Notes: generated from the sequence alone by a model not told the origin. A stretch of 64,000 nucleotides of DNA from Candidatus Cryptobacteroides faecigallinarum (GCA_017695015.1 JADIMD010000023.1:8670-72669), one strand, 5' to 3'; counted from the first letter of the stretch, positions 50,714 through 62,141 are shown. Program-made: numbers and translations.

Positions 50714-53029
50714 TTATTTACACCATTTGTCCAGCCATGAGAAATATTCCCTGTGCCAGAGCAGGGAGTTCTGGGGCTTCAGTATCCAATGGTTTTCTTC
50801 AGGGAATATAAGCAGCCGTGACGGTACTCCCATCAGCTGGGCCGCATTGTATGCAGCCATTCCCTGGTCGGCAGGTACCCTGAAATCCATTCCTCCGTGA
50901 GTGACGAGGATAGGGGTGTGCCATTCGGTGACCTTTTTGTGCGGCGAGTTGGCATAATGCCTTACAGCTGCAGGTCTTGTGCTCCATGGTGAGCCTCCCT
51001 GCCGCACTCCTCCGAAAGTCTCCCCGTCTCCGGCAGGACCTGTGGCCCATTTCCCGTCAGCGTCCTGTGTCATGCTGCATTCTTCAGGAACTCCTCCATT
51101 GTCCCAGTTCGGGAACCACATTTCCTCAGTGGTCATATACATGTGTTCCTGGTTGAAGATTCCGGCGTGTGCCACGAATGCATCGAATATGTCACCGTGG
51201 ATTCCGCACAGGTTGTACACCGAGTACCCTCCGTAGCTTGCTCCGCATGCGGCTATTTTCCCGATGTACGGCTCGGACTTTATGTCACGGGCAGCGCAGA
51301 GGTAGTCCTGCATGTTCAGTCCGCAGTAGTCTCCGGATATCTGCTCGGTCCATTCCTGTCCGAATGCGGTCGTACCCCTTCTGTTTGGCAGGACCACTAC
51401 ATATCCCTGTTCTGCCATCAGCCTGTAGTTCCATCTGAAGGACCAGCCCTGGCTCAATGTGCCCTGAGGACCTCCGAGGCAGATTTCTATTGCAGGATAT
51501 GTCTTTGAACTGTCGAATTCAGGAGGGAATATCACCCATGTGAGCATGTCTTTCCCGTCAGTTGTCCTGATGTGCCTTGCTTCCATTGCAGGGGCTTTCA
51601 GTCCAGACAGCAGATCTGTGTTTTCGTTTGTCAGCTGCCTGCAGTCCGTTTCTTCTCCTCTGACTGTGACAGCCGCGAGTTCGGTCGGGAAGTTCATGCT
51701 GCACCATGAAGTCAGCAGGACAGTGCTGTCTCCCTCATGCAGAATTCCGAACGGAGAATTGAAATCATACCAGAGCTCTTCTCCCGTGATCCTGTCTATG
51801 GCCCATTCGTTGCCTGTTGTGCGCGATGCCTTGAATATCCCCTGTACCCCTTCTGCAAGGGCATTGAACCATATCGTCCCGTTCCCGTCCCACACTGGCC
51901 CGGAGACATTGTATTTGAATCCTTCTGAAATTTCCCTGACTCCGTGCAGCCATCCTCCCTCAGATGTACTGCCGCCTTCCATGGCTTCTGCGAGTTTGGC
52001 AAGGTCGGTTTCTGCTGCCATCAGCCTTTGCCTGTCGGCTTCATACCCGTTCCGTGCCATGCTGACCCAGCAGAGTGTCCTTCCGTCGGGCGACCATACA
52101 GGGTTGGTGTCGTAGCCTCCGCCCATCGGTATGGTGACTGTGTTCCCGGTCTGCGTGTCGAAAATATAGATTTCGGAATCGGTGGAGAATGCATATGCCT
52201 TTCCGCTGAGCTTCTTGCATGAATAGGCAATGAATCTCCCGTCAGGGCTCCAGCACAGCTGCTCGATACCGCTGAACGGCTCTGCAGGCAGTTCGAACAG
52301 TGCTTCCGAAGGCCCGAGAATGTCTTCTGAGGATTCTTCGCATATGCAGCTTTTCTTCCCTGCATCGAAGCTGGAGATGAAGGTGTGAGGTATTTCCTTT
52401 ACCCAATGGTCCCAGTGCCTGTACATCAGGTCGTCAGTGCAGATTGCGTCGGCCTTGTCCAGGTCATTGTGCAGGTCTGAAGGCTTCCGAAGTCCGCTAT
52501 TGACATATTTTACATACATTATCCTGCTGCCGTCAGGAGATATGGCGAATTCCCTGATGCCTCCGTCAATTTCGCTGAGCCTGGTCTTCTTTCCGAGCTT
52601 CCATCCCGAGTGTCTTTCCCGTATCGGGGCACTCCAGATCTGCCCGTCCTGCAGGAAGACTATCCTTTGCCCGTCAGGGCTCCAGACTGCATTGCTGATG
52701 CTTTTGCCCTCTTTTGTAAGCTGTTGCTCTGAGCTTCCGTCTGCATCGCAGATGAACAGGTTGCTGCATGACCTGTTTTCTTCTATCGATGAATAGGACA
52801 CATTGTAGAGTATGTGTGCCCCGTCAGGTGAAAGCTGAGGGGAGGACACCCTTCCGAGGGTTAGCATAAGTTCGGGTGTGAGCCTGTCCTCTCCCGTGAA
52901 GCCGCTTTTGCCTATGTAGCCTTCAGAATTGCCGTTGTTCTTGATTATCATTATAATACATATTGAGACCGCTATCAGTAGCGTGGCTTTTAATACAAAT
53001 CCCGTTGCGGAAAATTTCTTTTTTGCCAT
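50714..53029 (-). CDS. S9 family peptidase (dipeptidyl peptidase 5-like)
   Basis: WSPDG propeller repeats, GGPQG, GASYGG, DFRV, EENH. Confidence 0.9.
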   Translation of the reverse strand: MAKKKFSATGFVLKATLLIAVSICIIMIIKNNGNSEGYIGKSGFTGEDRLTPELMLTLGRVSSPQLSPDGAHILYNVSYSSIEENRSCSNLFICDADGSSEQQLTKEGKSISNAVWSPDGQRIVFLQDGQIWSAPIRERHSGWKLGKKTRLSEIDGGIREFAISPDGSRIMYVKYVNSGLRKPSDLHNDLDKADAICTDDLMYRHWDHWVKEIPHTFISSFDAGKKSCICEESSEDILGPSEALFELPAEPFSGIEQLCWSPDGRFIAYSCKKLSGKAYAFSTDSEIYIFDTQTGNTVTIPMGGGYDTNPVWSPDGRTLCWVSMARNGYEADRQRLMAAETDLAKLAEAMEGGSTSEGGWLHGVREISEGFKYNVSGPVWDGNGTIWFNALAEGVQGIFKASRTTGNEWAIDRITGEELWYDFNSPFGILHEGDSTVLLTSWCSMNFPTELAAVTVRGEETDCRQLTNENTDLLSGLKAPAMEARHIRTTDGKDMLTWVIFPPEFDSSKTYPAIEICLGGPQGTLSQGWSFRWNYRLMAEQGYVVVLPNRRGTTAFGQEWTEQISGDYCGLNMQDYLCAARDIKSEPYIGKIAACGASYGGYSVYNLCGIHGDIFDAFVAHAGIFNQEHMYMTTEEMWFPNWDNGGVPEECSMTQDADGKWATGPAGDGETFGGVRQGGSPWSTRPAAVRHYANSPHKKVTEWHTPILVTHGGMDFRVPADQGMAAYNAAQLMGVPSRLLIFPEENHWILKPQNSLLWHREYFSWLDKWCK

Positions 53030-53059
53030 ATGTCCTTGTGTTTCAATGTGTGTTTCATT

Positions 53060-53974
53060 TTACGGCATGTCTGTGCCGGAATACTGCTGCAGGACTTTGG
53101 CAGCCTCTTGCGTGAGCTGCTGCCTTACGGATTCCGGTGACAGCACTTCTATCCTGCTCCCGAGCCTGAACAGTTCCATCATCAGGCTTTCATTCGGGCG
53201 TACAAAGATAGAAAAAGTTATCCTGACTCCATCGTCCCCGATTTCTTTCTGGGACGGATGTATCGGCAGATCCCTGAGGTAGCCGGCTTCCTTTGCGGAT
53301 GCCCTGAATCTGATTTCCACAGGTCTTTCAGTGGACAGGTACACCCCGAAATTGGTGGCGAAAAGCGCGTCTGCATCGAATCCTGCAGGCATCGTGAATT
53401 TTCTGCCTGTCTGCTCCAGACTCACTATCCTGTCAAGCCCGTATACCCTGACAGATTTCTTCTCTATGCAGTTCGCTATCAGATACCACCTCCTGGCGGA
53501 TTCCTTGAGGGCATAGGGCTGGAGGGTGTATTCGGATGTCTCTCCCGAAGCATATTTCCTGTATCCGGCTTTAAGCTCCATATTGTCAGTCATGGCTTCG
53601 AGTATGGGTGTCAGATGTTTCTGCCCTGACGGGATGTCCTCGACCGAGACCCTTCCCGACAGCCTTTCTTTGCTGAGCGACAGCATCTCGTTGATTGTGA
53701 ATGTGTTGATGAGCCATGCGGAGGCGGCCCGCTCGTCAGAGATGTCGTCGGTGTCCCCGATGTAGTATCTGTTGGTGCTCCTGTTGCAGGAAATCCTGAT
53801 GTTGAACAGGTCCTCTATCGCTTCCCTGTGGTTGTTGAATGTCCGTCTGGAATATCCAGTGCCGAACCGTGCTTCCCATTTCGAACACAGTTCTTCAAGC
53901 GTAAGCCCGTTCTCCCTTGCCCTGACGAATGTCTGGATGAGCCATATGTATTTTTTCAGCAGTTCGGATACCAT
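53060..53974 (-). CDS. HTH-WYL domain transcriptional regulator
   Basis: SRRTFNNHR HTH, PYALKE...WYL, GLDRI, IEVLSPESVR. Confidence 0.92.
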   Translation of the reverse strand: MVSELLKKYIWLIQTFVRARENGLTLEELCSKWEARFGTGYSRRTFNNHREAIEDLFNIRISCNRSTNRYYIGDTDDISDERAASAWLINTFTINEMLSLSKERLSGRVSVEDIPSGQKHLTPILEAMTDNMELKAGYRKYASGETSEYTLQPYALKESARRWYLIANCIEKKSVRVYGLDRIVSLEQTGRKFTMPAGFDADALFATNFGVYLSTERPVEIRFRASAKEAGYLRDLPIHPSQKEIGDDGVRITFSIFVRPNESLMMELFRLGSRIEVLSPESVRQQLTQEAAKVLQQYSGTDMP

Positions 53975-53980
53975 GATTCT

Positions 53981-56107
53981 TTAGCTTATCTTGCTGTAGT
54001 CGCGGATGCGGTATTTGTCTTTCCTGAGTTCTTCCCTCAGGGTGGCGTTCTGCGGCGATGAGAGCTCGGGGTCCCTTTCCAGGACGGAGGATGCATAGGC
54101 TCTCGCATCGTTGAGGATTGTCCCGTCCTTTGCCAGCGAGGCGATGTTAAGGCTTATCGGCAGTCCGCTCTGCTGGGTGCCTTCCAGATCTCCCGGACCG
54201 CGCATCTTCATGTCCTCCTCCGCCAGTTCGAACCCGTTTTCCGTGGAGCACATCATTTCTATCCTGTGTCTGGACTCCTTGCTCATCTTGTGCCCTGTCA
54301 TCAGGATGCAGTATGATTTCTCGGAGCCTCTCCCGACCCTTCCCCTGAGCTGGTGCAGCTGGCTCAGCCCGAACCTTTCCGCACTTTCTATCACCATCAC
54401 GGAGGCATTCGGCACATCCACCCCCACCTCTATCACTGAAGTTGCCACGAGGATGTTGGCCCTTCCTGCGGCGAAAGCGTCCATGTTGAAATTCTTTTCC
54501 TCGTTGCTCTGTTTCCCGTGTACTATAGCCACTTTGTAGTCGGGGAGCGGGAATGCGTCGGCAATCTGGTTGAACCCCTCTTCAAGGTTCTTGTAGTCCA
54601 TGGTCTCGCTTTCGAATATCAGCGGATAGACGACGAAAACCTGCCTTCCGAGGGCTATCTGGTCTTTCATGAACCTGTACAGGGCCGACCTTTTGCTCTC
54701 TGTGGCGTGCATGGTGAGGATTGGTTTTCTGCCCGGAGGCAGCTCGTCGATTACCGAGACATCGAGGTCACCGTACAGGGTCATGGCGAGGGTGCGCGGT
54801 ATTGGGGTGGCTGTCATTACCAGTATGTGCGGAGGGATTCCTGCCGATGATTTTCTCCACAGCTTCGCCCTCTGCTCCACTCCGAACCTGTGCTGCTCGT
54901 CGATTATCGCCAGCCCGAGGTTGCGGAACAGCACATTGTCTTCGATGAGGGCGTGCGTCCCGACGATTATCCCTATCGAGCCGTCTTCGAGCCCGGCATG
55001 GATTTCCCTCCGTTCGGAGGCACGGCTGCTGCCCGTCAGGAGAGCTGCCTTCACCCCGGTCGGTGCCAGATATCTGGATATGTTCTTGAAATGCTGCTGG
55101 GCAAGCACTTCCGTAGGTGCCATTATGCATGCCTGATAGCCGTTGCCTATGGCAATGAGTGCGCTGAGGACGGCCACCATGGTCTTTCCGCTTCCCACAT
55201 CGCCCTGAAGCAGGCGGTTCATCTGATGTCCGCTGCGCATGTCTTCCCGTATTTCCCTTATCACCCTTTTCTGGGCTCCGGTGAGGTCGAACGGCAGCGC
55301 CTTGTAGCACAGGTTGAACGCTTCTCCGACTTTTGTCATCATTATCCCTGCTTCGTTGCGTCTGCGGATGTATTTCTGCTTCAGCAGAGACAGCTGGAGC
55401 ATGAACAGTTCTTCGAATTTCAGCCTGTATTTCGCTTTTTCGAGGGCTTCCATCCCTGTCGGGAAATGGATGTTCTTCAGGGCGTATCCTATCGGCACAA
55501 GCCCTTTCTCTTTCAGCACATATTCCGGCAGGCTTTCCTCCACATCCCTCAGGGCGATGTTTATCACTGTGGCCATCAGCTTGTTCATCACCTTGCCCGT
55601 GATGCCGCCGTTGCGCAGCTTCTCGGTGCTGTTGTAGACCCCGGTCATGGTGCTGCCGCCTGCCATTCCGCTCTCTCCTGCCTGGCTGCCCTGTCCCTGC
55701 GTGGCCGGGTCGATTTCCGGATGGACGAGGTTTATCCTGCCGTTGAAGGATGTCGGTTTTCCGAAGAATGTAAATTCCGCGCCTGGAACGAGTTTTTCCT
55801 TCACCCATTTCAGCCCTTTGAAAAAGACCGCCTCGATTTCTCCGCTCCCGTCCGCAATCATCACCGACAGCCGCTTGCCGCCGATGACTTCCGCCCTGAC
55901 CACCTTGGCGCGGATCTGGACATATGCCATGTCGGGACGGATCTCGGATATGGGTATGATGCTGCTCCTGTCGATGTATCTGAACGGATACAGCCTCAGC
56001 AGGTCTCCGAAAGTGGACACTCCGAGCTCCTTCTGCAGAAGGGAGGCTCTTTTCGGCCCCACGCCCGGCAGAAACTGTATCTCGGTATCGAGTCCGCTTC
56101 CTGACAT
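53981..56107 (-). CDS. recG: ATP-dependent DNA helicase RecG
   Basis: LLQGDVGSGKT, DEQH, MTATPIPRTL, QLRGRVGRG. Confidence 0.97.
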   Translation of the reverse strand: MSGSGLDTEIQFLPGVGPKRASLLQKELGVSTFGDLLRLYPFRYIDRSSIIPISEIRPDMAYVQIRAKVVRAEVIGGKRLSVMIADGSGEIEAVFFKGLKWVKEKLVPGAEFTFFGKPTSFNGRINLVHPEIDPATQGQGSQAGESGMAGGSTMTGVYNSTEKLRNGGITGKVMNKLMATVINIALRDVEESLPEYVLKEKGLVPIGYALKNIHFPTGMEALEKAKYRLKFEELFMLQLSLLKQKYIRRRNEAGIMMTKVGEAFNLCYKALPFDLTGAQKRVIREIREDMRSGHQMNRLLQGDVGSGKTMVAVLSALIAIGNGYQACIMAPTEVLAQQHFKNISRYLAPTGVKAALLTGSSRASERREIHAGLEDGSIGIIVGTHALIEDNVLFRNLGLAIIDEQHRFGVEQRAKLWRKSSAGIPPHILVMTATPIPRTLAMTLYGDLDVSVIDELPPGRKPILTMHATESKRSALYRFMKDQIALGRQVFVVYPLIFESETMDYKNLEEGFNQIADAFPLPDYKVAIVHGKQSNEEKNFNMDAFAAGRANILVATSVIEVGVDVPNASVMVIESAERFGLSQLHQLRGRVGRGSEKSYCILMTGHKMSKESRHRIEMMCSTENGFELAEEDMKMRGPGDLEGTQQSGLPISLNIASLAKDGTILNDARAYASSVLERDPELSSPQNATLREELRKDKYRIRDYSKIS

Positions 56108-56140
56108 TTTCTTTCGCTTATGTTTGTGATGAACCGTTGG

Positions 56141-56168
56141 CAAAGATAGGAAAAATTGGTTACATTTG
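56141..56168. promoter_or_regulatory. Back-to-back -7 elements for recG and pdxA
   Basis: TATCTTTG minus (56148-56141) and TACATTTG plus (56161-56168). Confidence 0.6.
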
Positions 56169-56211
56169 CAGGTTGGAACAGCCCTGATACGGCTTATGTA
56201 AATCTAATGAT

Positions 56212-57297
56212 ATGGGAAAGAAATTGACAGTAGGAATAACGCAGGGGGATGGCAACGGGATAGGTTATGAGGTCATCATCAAGGCTCTTGCGGACGAGAG
56301 AATGCTTGACCTGTGTACTCCGGTGATATACGGGTCGTCCAAGATATTCGGGTTCTACCGGAAACAGATACACAATATTGACCAGCCTGTCAATACCAAT
56401 GTGATCACTTCTGCCCAGGATGTACATCCCAAGAGGATAAATATAGTCAACTGTCTGCCGGACAATATTTTCGTTGAGCCGGGACAGGCGACTCCGGAAT
56501 CCGCCAAATCGGCGATGACTTCCCTGCAGAGGGCTGTGGAGGACATCAGGGACGGGTATATCGATGTCCTGGTCACCGCCCCTATCAACAAGAGGGCGAT
56601 GGTCAATGAAGGCTTCGGCTACACGGGACATACCGAATATCTGCAGGAGCAGTTCGGTGTGGACGATGTGGTGATGATAATGGTGAGCGACCGTCTCAAG
56701 GTGGCTGTGGCCACAGGACATATTCCTTTGAAAGATGTGCCTTCTGTCCTGACGAAAGATTTGATACTCAGGAAGCTGAGACTGATGAAATCATCCCTTG
56801 AGAGAGATTTCGGGATAAATTCCCCTAAGATTGCCGTGCTCGGGCTCAATCCGCATTGCGGAGACGGGGGCCTTCTCGGTGACGAGGAGCAGCAGATTAT
56901 TCTTCCTGCAGTCCAGGAAGCTGTCGGTGAGGGCATCAATGCGTTCGGCCCTTATTCTCCGGACGGGTTCTTCGGTCTCGGGAACTACAGCAGATACGAT
57001 GCGATACTTGCAATGTATCACGACCAGGGTCTGACTCCATTCAAGGCCATAGCTTTTGAGGACGGTGTGAACTTTACTGCCGGGCTTCCGATTGTGAGGA
57101 CCTCTCCTGATCACGGGACTGCATACGAGATGGCCGGCCGTGACATGGCGGATCCGCAGTCGATGATGTCGTCTATCTACACTGCGATAGACATTTACCG
57201 TCACAGGGAGGCCTATGATGAGCTCGTCGCAGGGAAGATGGACATCAAGATGCCTGACACCGAGATCAAGCCTAAGGGAGGTAGAATCATAGAGTAG
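56212..57297 (+). CDS. pdxA: 4-hydroxythreonine-4-phosphate dehydrogenase
   Basis: TAPINK, GHTEYL, GLNPH, MYHDQG, RTSPDHGTA. Confidence 0.95.
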   Translation: MGKKLTVGITQGDGNGIGYEVIIKALADERMLDLCTPVIYGSSKIFGFYRKQIHNIDQPVNTNVITSAQDVHPKRINIVNCLPDNIFVEPGQATPESAKSAMTSLQRAVEDIRDGYIDVLVTAPINKRAMVNEGFGYTGHTEYLQEQFGVDDVVMIMVSDRLKVAVATGHIPLKDVPSVLTKDLILRKLRLMKSSLERDFGINSPKIAVLGLNPHCGDGGLLGDEEQQIILPAVQEAVGEGINAFGPYSPDGFFGLGNYSRYDAILAMYHDQGLTPFKAIAFEDGVNFTAGLPIVRTSPDHGTAYEMAGRDMADPQSMMSSIYTAIDIYRHREAYDELVAGKMDIKMPDTEIKPKGGRIIE

Positions 57298-57302
57298 GCA
57301 TT

Positions 57303-57797
57303 ATGGCGGACAATCTGACGAGACCTCCGATTTTCCTGTATACGGACGGTGCAGCAAGCGGAAATCCCGGTCCTGGAGGTTATGGTGTCATATTGAGGTG
57401 TGCCGGAAGGGAGAAGGAGATGTCCGGAGGTTTTGCCATGACGACCAACAACAGGATGGAGCTGCTTGCGGTGATCACGGGGCTGGAGGCGATAAAGTGG
57501 GACAACGCGGAGGTGCATGTCTACAGCGATTCGAGCTATGTGGTCAAGTCCGTCAATGAGGGCTGGCTTTTCAACTGGGAGAAAAAGGGTTTTGCCAAGG
57601 CCAAGAATCCTGATCTGTGGAAACGCTTCCTCCCTCTTTTCAGAAAGCACAGGGTCTCTTTCCATTGGATAAGGGGGCACGCTGGGCATCCGGAGAACGA
57701 GAGATGCGACGCCCTTGCCGTGGCTGCGAGAAGTGCCGGCAGCCTGCCCCAGGACACCGGATTTCAGATGCAGGATTTGGTAAATCATCAAATATGA
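57303..57797 (+). CDS. rnhA: Ribonuclease HI
   Basis: YTDGA..GNPGPGG, TTNNRMEL, GHAGHPENERCD. Confidence 0.96.
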   Translation: MADNLTRPPIFLYTDGAASGNPGPGGYGVILRCAGREKEMSGGFAMTTNNRMELLAVITGLEAIKWDNAEVHVYSDSSYVVKSVNEGWLFNWEKKGFAKAKNPDLWKRFLPLFRKHRVSFHWIRGHAGHPENERCDALAVAARSAGSLPQDTGFQMQDLVNHQI

Positions 57798-57825
57798 TTT
57801 ATCTTTACGGGGATAGTGAATAATA

Positions 57826-58566
57826 ATGTTCGGCATTTTCAACAGAAAATGTTCTCTTAAAGAGAGCGGTCTTCTGCATGTCATTCAGGACAGGCACTCG
57901 CACATCATGTATGGAGTCGATGACGGGGTGAAGACTTACGAGGAGTCTTCCGATATTTTTGCCTGGCTGTCCGGAAACGGCTTGAAGTCGCTCTGGCTGA
58001 CTCCACATGTCATGGAGGATATTCCCAATTCCAGCGAATCATTGAGTGTACGGTTTTCCGGGATGGTGCAGTCTCTCGGTCATGGAGCTGTGCTGCATCT
58101 GGCGGCGGAATACATGATGGACAATCTCTTTGTGCAGAGACTCGAATCAGGGGATCTGCTTTGCATGGAAGACAATATGGTGCTGATGGAGACTTCTGTA
58201 TGGGAGTCTCCGTCCAATTTTACGGGGATGCTCGAAGACACCATGAGGGCAGGTTTCTGGCCTGTCCTTGCCCATCCTGAGAGGTACAGGTATATGGATA
58301 TGGCCGATTACGGGCGGCTCAGGGAGATGGGCGTGAGGCTTCAGCTGAATCTGCCTTCCATGATAGGGATGTATGGGGAGCATGTCCAGAAAAAGGCCCG
58401 TGGGATGCTGTATGAAGGCATGTACTCCTTCGTGGGGTCAGACTGTCACAACTTCAATATGTACAGGAAGTTGTATACGGCCAAGGAATTGAAGAAAAAA
58501 GATGTGGAGCTGATAGCCGCGCTGTGCCTGCATGGTGCGGATGCGGCTGCAGACAATAGAATATGA
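57826..58566 (+). CDS. CpsB/CapC-type PHP tyrosine phosphatase
   Basis: DRHSHI..GVDDG, TPH, LAHPERY, GSDCH. Confidence 0.9.
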   Translation: MFGIFNRKCSLKESGLLHVIQDRHSHIMYGVDDGVKTYEESSDIFAWLSGNGLKSLWLTPHVMEDIPNSSESLSVRFSGMVQSLGHGAVLHLAAEYMMDNLFVQRLESGDLLCMEDNMVLMETSVWESPSNFTGMLEDTMRAGFWPVLAHPERYRYMDMADYGRLREMGVRLQLNLPSMIGMYGEHVQKKARGMLYEGMYSFVGSDCHNFNMYRKLYTAKELKKKDVELIAALCLHGADAAADNRI

Positions 58567-58570
58567 TGTC

Positions 58571-59482
58571 ATGAAAGGAATTGTTCTGGCAGGGGGAAGC
58601 GGTACCCGTCTTTATCCGATTACCAAGGGGGTCAGCAAGCAGCTGATCCCGATATTCGACAAACCTATGGTGTATTATCCCATTTCCGTGCTGATGCAGG
58701 CCGGCATAAGGGAGATACTCATCATCTCGACCCCGTCAGACCTTCCTGCGTTCAGGAGGCTTCTCGGTGACGGCAGCGATTTCGGGGTGGAGTTCAGCTA
58801 TGCCGAGCAGCCGTCTCCGGACGGGCTCGCCCAGGCCTTTATCATAGGCGAGGAATTCATCGGAGATGACTGCGCATGTCTTGTGCTCGGAGACAATATT
58901 TTTCATGGCAGCGGTTTCGGAGAAATGCTCATCGAGGCTGTGAAAGCCGCGGAGGAAGAGGGGAAGGCTACCGTGTTCGGGTATCGTGTCAGCGATCCGC
59001 AGAGGTATGGTGTGGCAGAATTCGATGCCGACGGCAACTGCCTCAGCATAGAGGAGAAACCCGAGCATCCCAAGTCGAACTATGCCGTGACGGGGCTTTA
59101 CTTTTATCCCAACAGCGTCGTGGAGATAGCCAAGAGCATCAGGCCGTCCGCGAGAGGGGAGCTGGAGATCACTACAGTCAACCAGAGATTCCTCGAAGAG
59201 GGGAAGCTGAAGGTGCAGACTTTGGGCCAGGGCTTTGCGTGGCTTGACACCGGGACGCACGATTCTTTGGCGGAGGCTTCCATCTATATAGAGGCGATAG
59301 AGAAGCGCCAGGGAGTGAAGGTGGCATGTCTGGAGGCTCTTGCATATGGCAAGGGATGGATAGATGCCGGAAAGATGAGGGAGCTTGCTGCGCCTATGCT
59401 GAAGAACCAGTATGGGCAGTATCTGATGAAAGTGGTGGAAGAGAGCATCGGCGGCGGTCGTTGCGGCCACGGGGAAATTTGA
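58571..59482 (+). CDS. rfbA: Glucose-1-phosphate thymidylyltransferase
   Basis: [31 protein letters not shown]. Confidence 0.97.
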   Translation: MKGIVLAGGSGTRLYPITKGVSKQLIPIFDKPMVYYPISVLMQAGIREILIISTPSDLPAFRRLLGDGSDFGVEFSYAEQPSPDGLAQAFIIGEEFIGDDCACLVLGDNIFHGSGFGEMLIEAVKAAEEEGKATVFGYRVSDPQRYGVAEFDADGNCLSIEEKPEHPKSNYAVTGLYFYPNSVVEIAKSIRPSARGELEITTVNQRFLEEGKLKVQTLGQGFAWLDTGTHDSLAEASIYIEAIEKRQGVKVACLEALAYGKGWIDAGKMRELAAPMLKNQYGQYLMKVVEESIGGGRCGHGEI

Positions 59483-59493
59483 AAGGGACAGAC

Positions 59494-60423
59494 ATGAATA
59501 TATTGGTTACAGGAGCGAACGGGCAGCTGGGACATGAGTTGGGGAATATTTCTTCTGACAGCGGCAACTGTTTCTATTTTACGGATTTGGATATGGCTGA
59601 GTCTCCCCGGGGAGGGTCTCTTGACATCACGGATGCTTCTGCCGTGCGCGAGGCCGTGTCGGGAGTGCGCTGGGGCAGCAGGATGGATGTGATAGTGAAC
59701 TGTGCCGCATATACCGATGTGGACAGGGCGGAAGAGGACTATGCCGCGGCTGACATTGTCAACCACAAGGCTGTGGGGAATCTTGCCGGGGCGGCGGCAG
59801 AGTACGGGGCCTTGCTGATGCATGTGTCCACTGACTATGTATTCGGGGGTGATGCGTCAGTGCCGTATCTTGAAGACAGCCCTGTAGCTCCGACAGGAGT
59901 GTACGGCGTTACAAAATTGGATGGGGAGAGGGCAGTGATAGAGTCCGGTTGCCGTCATATGATTTTCAGGACAGCGTGGCTGTACTCTCCGTACGGGAAG
60001 AATTTCGTGAAGACAATAAGGCGTCTCGTCTCTGAAAAGGACAGTATCAATGTGGTGTTCGACCAGGTGGGTACTCCGACCTGTGCAGGCGATCTTGCTG
60101 CCCTCATCTATATGATAATTGAGAAAGGCATGCTTGACAGGACAGGAATTTACCATTTCAGCAATGAAGGCGTATGCTCATGGTATGACTTCGCCATAGC
60201 AATCCGTGATCTCAGCGGATACGGTCAGGATGGCCCTGCAGGGCATTTCTGCAGGATCAGCCCTTGCCATAGCGATGAATTTCCGAGCAAGGTGAAGCGT
60301 CCGCATTACTCTGTCCTCGACAAGACCAGGGTGAAGTCGGTGTTCGGGGTGGAAATCCCGCACTGGATGGATTCTCTCAAGGCAGTAATAGAAAAGATGC
60401 AGTATGGAAGCAGTCAGGACTGA
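59494..60423 (+). CDS. rfbD: dTDP-4-dehydrorhamnose reductase
   Basis: ILVTGANGQLG, STDYVF, YGVTK. Confidence 0.95.
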   Translation: MNILVTGANGQLGHELGNISSDSGNCFYFTDLDMAESPRGGSLDITDASAVREAVSGVRWGSRMDVIVNCAAYTDVDRAEEDYAAADIVNHKAVGNLAGAAAEYGALLMHVSTDYVFGGDASVPYLEDSPVAPTGVYGVTKLDGERAVIESGCRHMIFRTAWLYSPYGKNFVKTIRRLVSEKDSINVVFDQVGTPTCAGDLAALIYMIIEKGMLDRTGIYHFSNEGVCSWYDFAIAIRDLSGYGQDGPAGHFCRISPCHSDEFPSKVKRPHYSVLDKTRVKSVFGVEIPHWMDSLKAVIEKMQYGSSQD

Positions 60424-60976
60424 AATAGACGGGGTCTATATTATCGAGCCCAGGATATTCAAGGATTCGAGAGGCTATTTTTTCGAGTCGTTCTCCGAGA
60501 GGGATTTCTTTTCCAAGGTCGGTGAGATACATTTTGTCCAGGACAATGAGAGCCGCTCGTCGTACGGTGTGCTGCGCGGTCTGCATTTCCAGAAGCCTCC
60601 ATACAGCCAGAGCAAGCTCGTAAGGGTGATTTCGGGTGCTGTCCTGGATGTGGTGGTGGACATAAGGAAAGGTTCTCCCACATTCGGCAGGTATGTGGCA
60701 GTGGAGCTGTCCGGGGACAATCACCGCCAGCTGTTTGTGCCGAGAGGTTTTGCGCACGGATTCAGCGTCCTGACAGACGATGTGGTCTTCCAGTACAAGT
60801 GCGACAATTTCTATGCTCCCGACAGTGAAGGGGCCATTGCGTGGGATGATCCCGACCTTGCCATAGACTGGAGAATACCTGCCGACAGGGTGATCCTTTC
60901 GGACAAGGACCGCTGTCATCCGAGGCTGAAGGACATCGATTCCCCGTTTGATTATTTCCAAGACCTTTATAAATGA
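60404..60976 (+). CDS. rfbC: dTDP-4-dehydrorhamnose 3,5-epimerase
   Basis: DSRGYFFE, VLRGLHFQ, GFAHGF. Confidence 0.96.
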   Translation: MEAVRTEIDGVYIIEPRIFKDSRGYFFESFSERDFFSKVGEIHFVQDNESRSSYGVLRGLHFQKPPYSQSKLVRVISGAVLDVVVDIRKGSPTFGRYVAVELSGDNHRQLFVPRGFAHGFSVLTDDVVFQYKCDNFYAPDSEGAIAWDDPDLAIDWRIPADRVILSDKDRCHPRLKDIDSPFDYFQDLYK

Positions 60977-60982
60977 TTCGTT

Positions 60983-62128
60983 ATGTCAAGTAGAAACATA
61001 TTGATTACCGGAGGTGCCGGTTTTATAGGAAGCCATGTCGTTCGCCGTTTTGTAGACAGGTATCCTGATTACCATATCATCAATATGGACAAGCTCACTT
61101 ATGCCGGCAACCTGGCTAACCTCAAGGACATTGAGGACCGTCCCAACTACACTTTCGTCAAGGCCGACATCTGTGATTTCGAGACTGTGTGCAGGCTGTT
61201 TTCCGAATATTCCATAGACGGTGTCATCCATCTCGCAGCGGAAAGTCATGTGGACAGGAGCATTGTGGACCCTTTCTCTTTTGCCAGGACGAATGTGATG
61301 GGGACGCTTTCTCTGCTTCAGGCCGCAAGGCAGGCATGGGAACCTTCGGGGTGGAAGATGGCGCATGGCGCAGGGACAGAGCCTGTGGAATGCAGGTTCT
61401 ACCATATCAGTACCGATGAAGTATACGGGGCGCTCGAACTGACCTGCCCTGAGGGGAAGCCTTCGGAGATTTCCGCCCACGAGGTCTATGGGGATGATTT
61501 TTTCACCGAGGAGACGAAGTATCAGCCGCATAGCCCGTACTCTGCCTCCAAGGCCTCTTCCGACCATTTCGTGAGAGCGTTCCATGACACCTACGGCATG
61601 CCGGTGATTGTGACCAACTGTTCCAACAATTATGGCCCGTACCAGTTCCCCGAGAAGCTGATACCTCTGTTTATCAATAATATCCGTCACCGCAAGCCTC
61701 TTCCTGTATATGGGAAAGGGGAGAATGTCAGGGACTGGCTCTATGTGGAGGACCATGCCAATGCAATAGACCTTATCTTCCATAAGGGACAGGTGGCGCG
61801 TACATATAACATAGGCGGATTCAACGAGTGGAAAAACATCGATATCGTGAAGCTGCTTGTCAGGACTGTGGACCGTCTGCTCGGCAGGGAGGATGGTGAG
61901 GATATGTCCCTCATTACCTATGTGGCCGACAGGAAAGGCCATGACATGAGGTATGCCATAGATTCGTCCAGACTGAAGTCAGAGCTCGGATGGGAGCCGT
62001 CTCTGCAGTTCGAGGAGGGGCTGGAAAAGACTGTGAAATGGTATCTGGACAATCAGGACTGGCTTGACAGTGTGACTTCAGGAGAATATCAGAAATATTA
62101 CGAAAGCATGTATTCCGACAGGAAATGA
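60983..62128 (+). CDS. rfbB: dTDP-glucose 4,6-dehydratase
   Basis: TGGAGFIGS, AAESHVDRS, STDEVYG, YSASK. Confidence 0.97.
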   Translation: MSSRNILITGGAGFIGSHVVRRFVDRYPDYHIINMDKLTYAGNLANLKDIEDRPNYTFVKADICDFETVCRLFSEYSIDGVIHLAAESHVDRSIVDPFSFARTNVMGTLSLLQAARQAWEPSGWKMAHGAGTEPVECRFYHISTDEVYGALELTCPEGKPSEISAHEVYGDDFFTEETKYQPHSPYSASKASSDHFVRAFHDTYGMPVIVTNCSNNYGPYQFPEKLIPLFINNIRHRKPLPVYGKGENVRDWLYVEDHANAIDLIFHKGQVARTYNIGGFNEWKNIDIVKLLVRTVDRLLGREDGEDMSLITYVADRKGHDMRYAIDSSRLKSELGWEPSLQFEEGLEKTVKWYLDNQDWLDSVTSGEYQKYYESMYSDRK

Positions 62129-62141
62129 GGCTGACGGGGAG

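Noticed and set aside
53060-53974. WYL gene as marker of a defence island
   Set aside because: Embedded between recG and a peptidase with host-like composition and no defence neighbours
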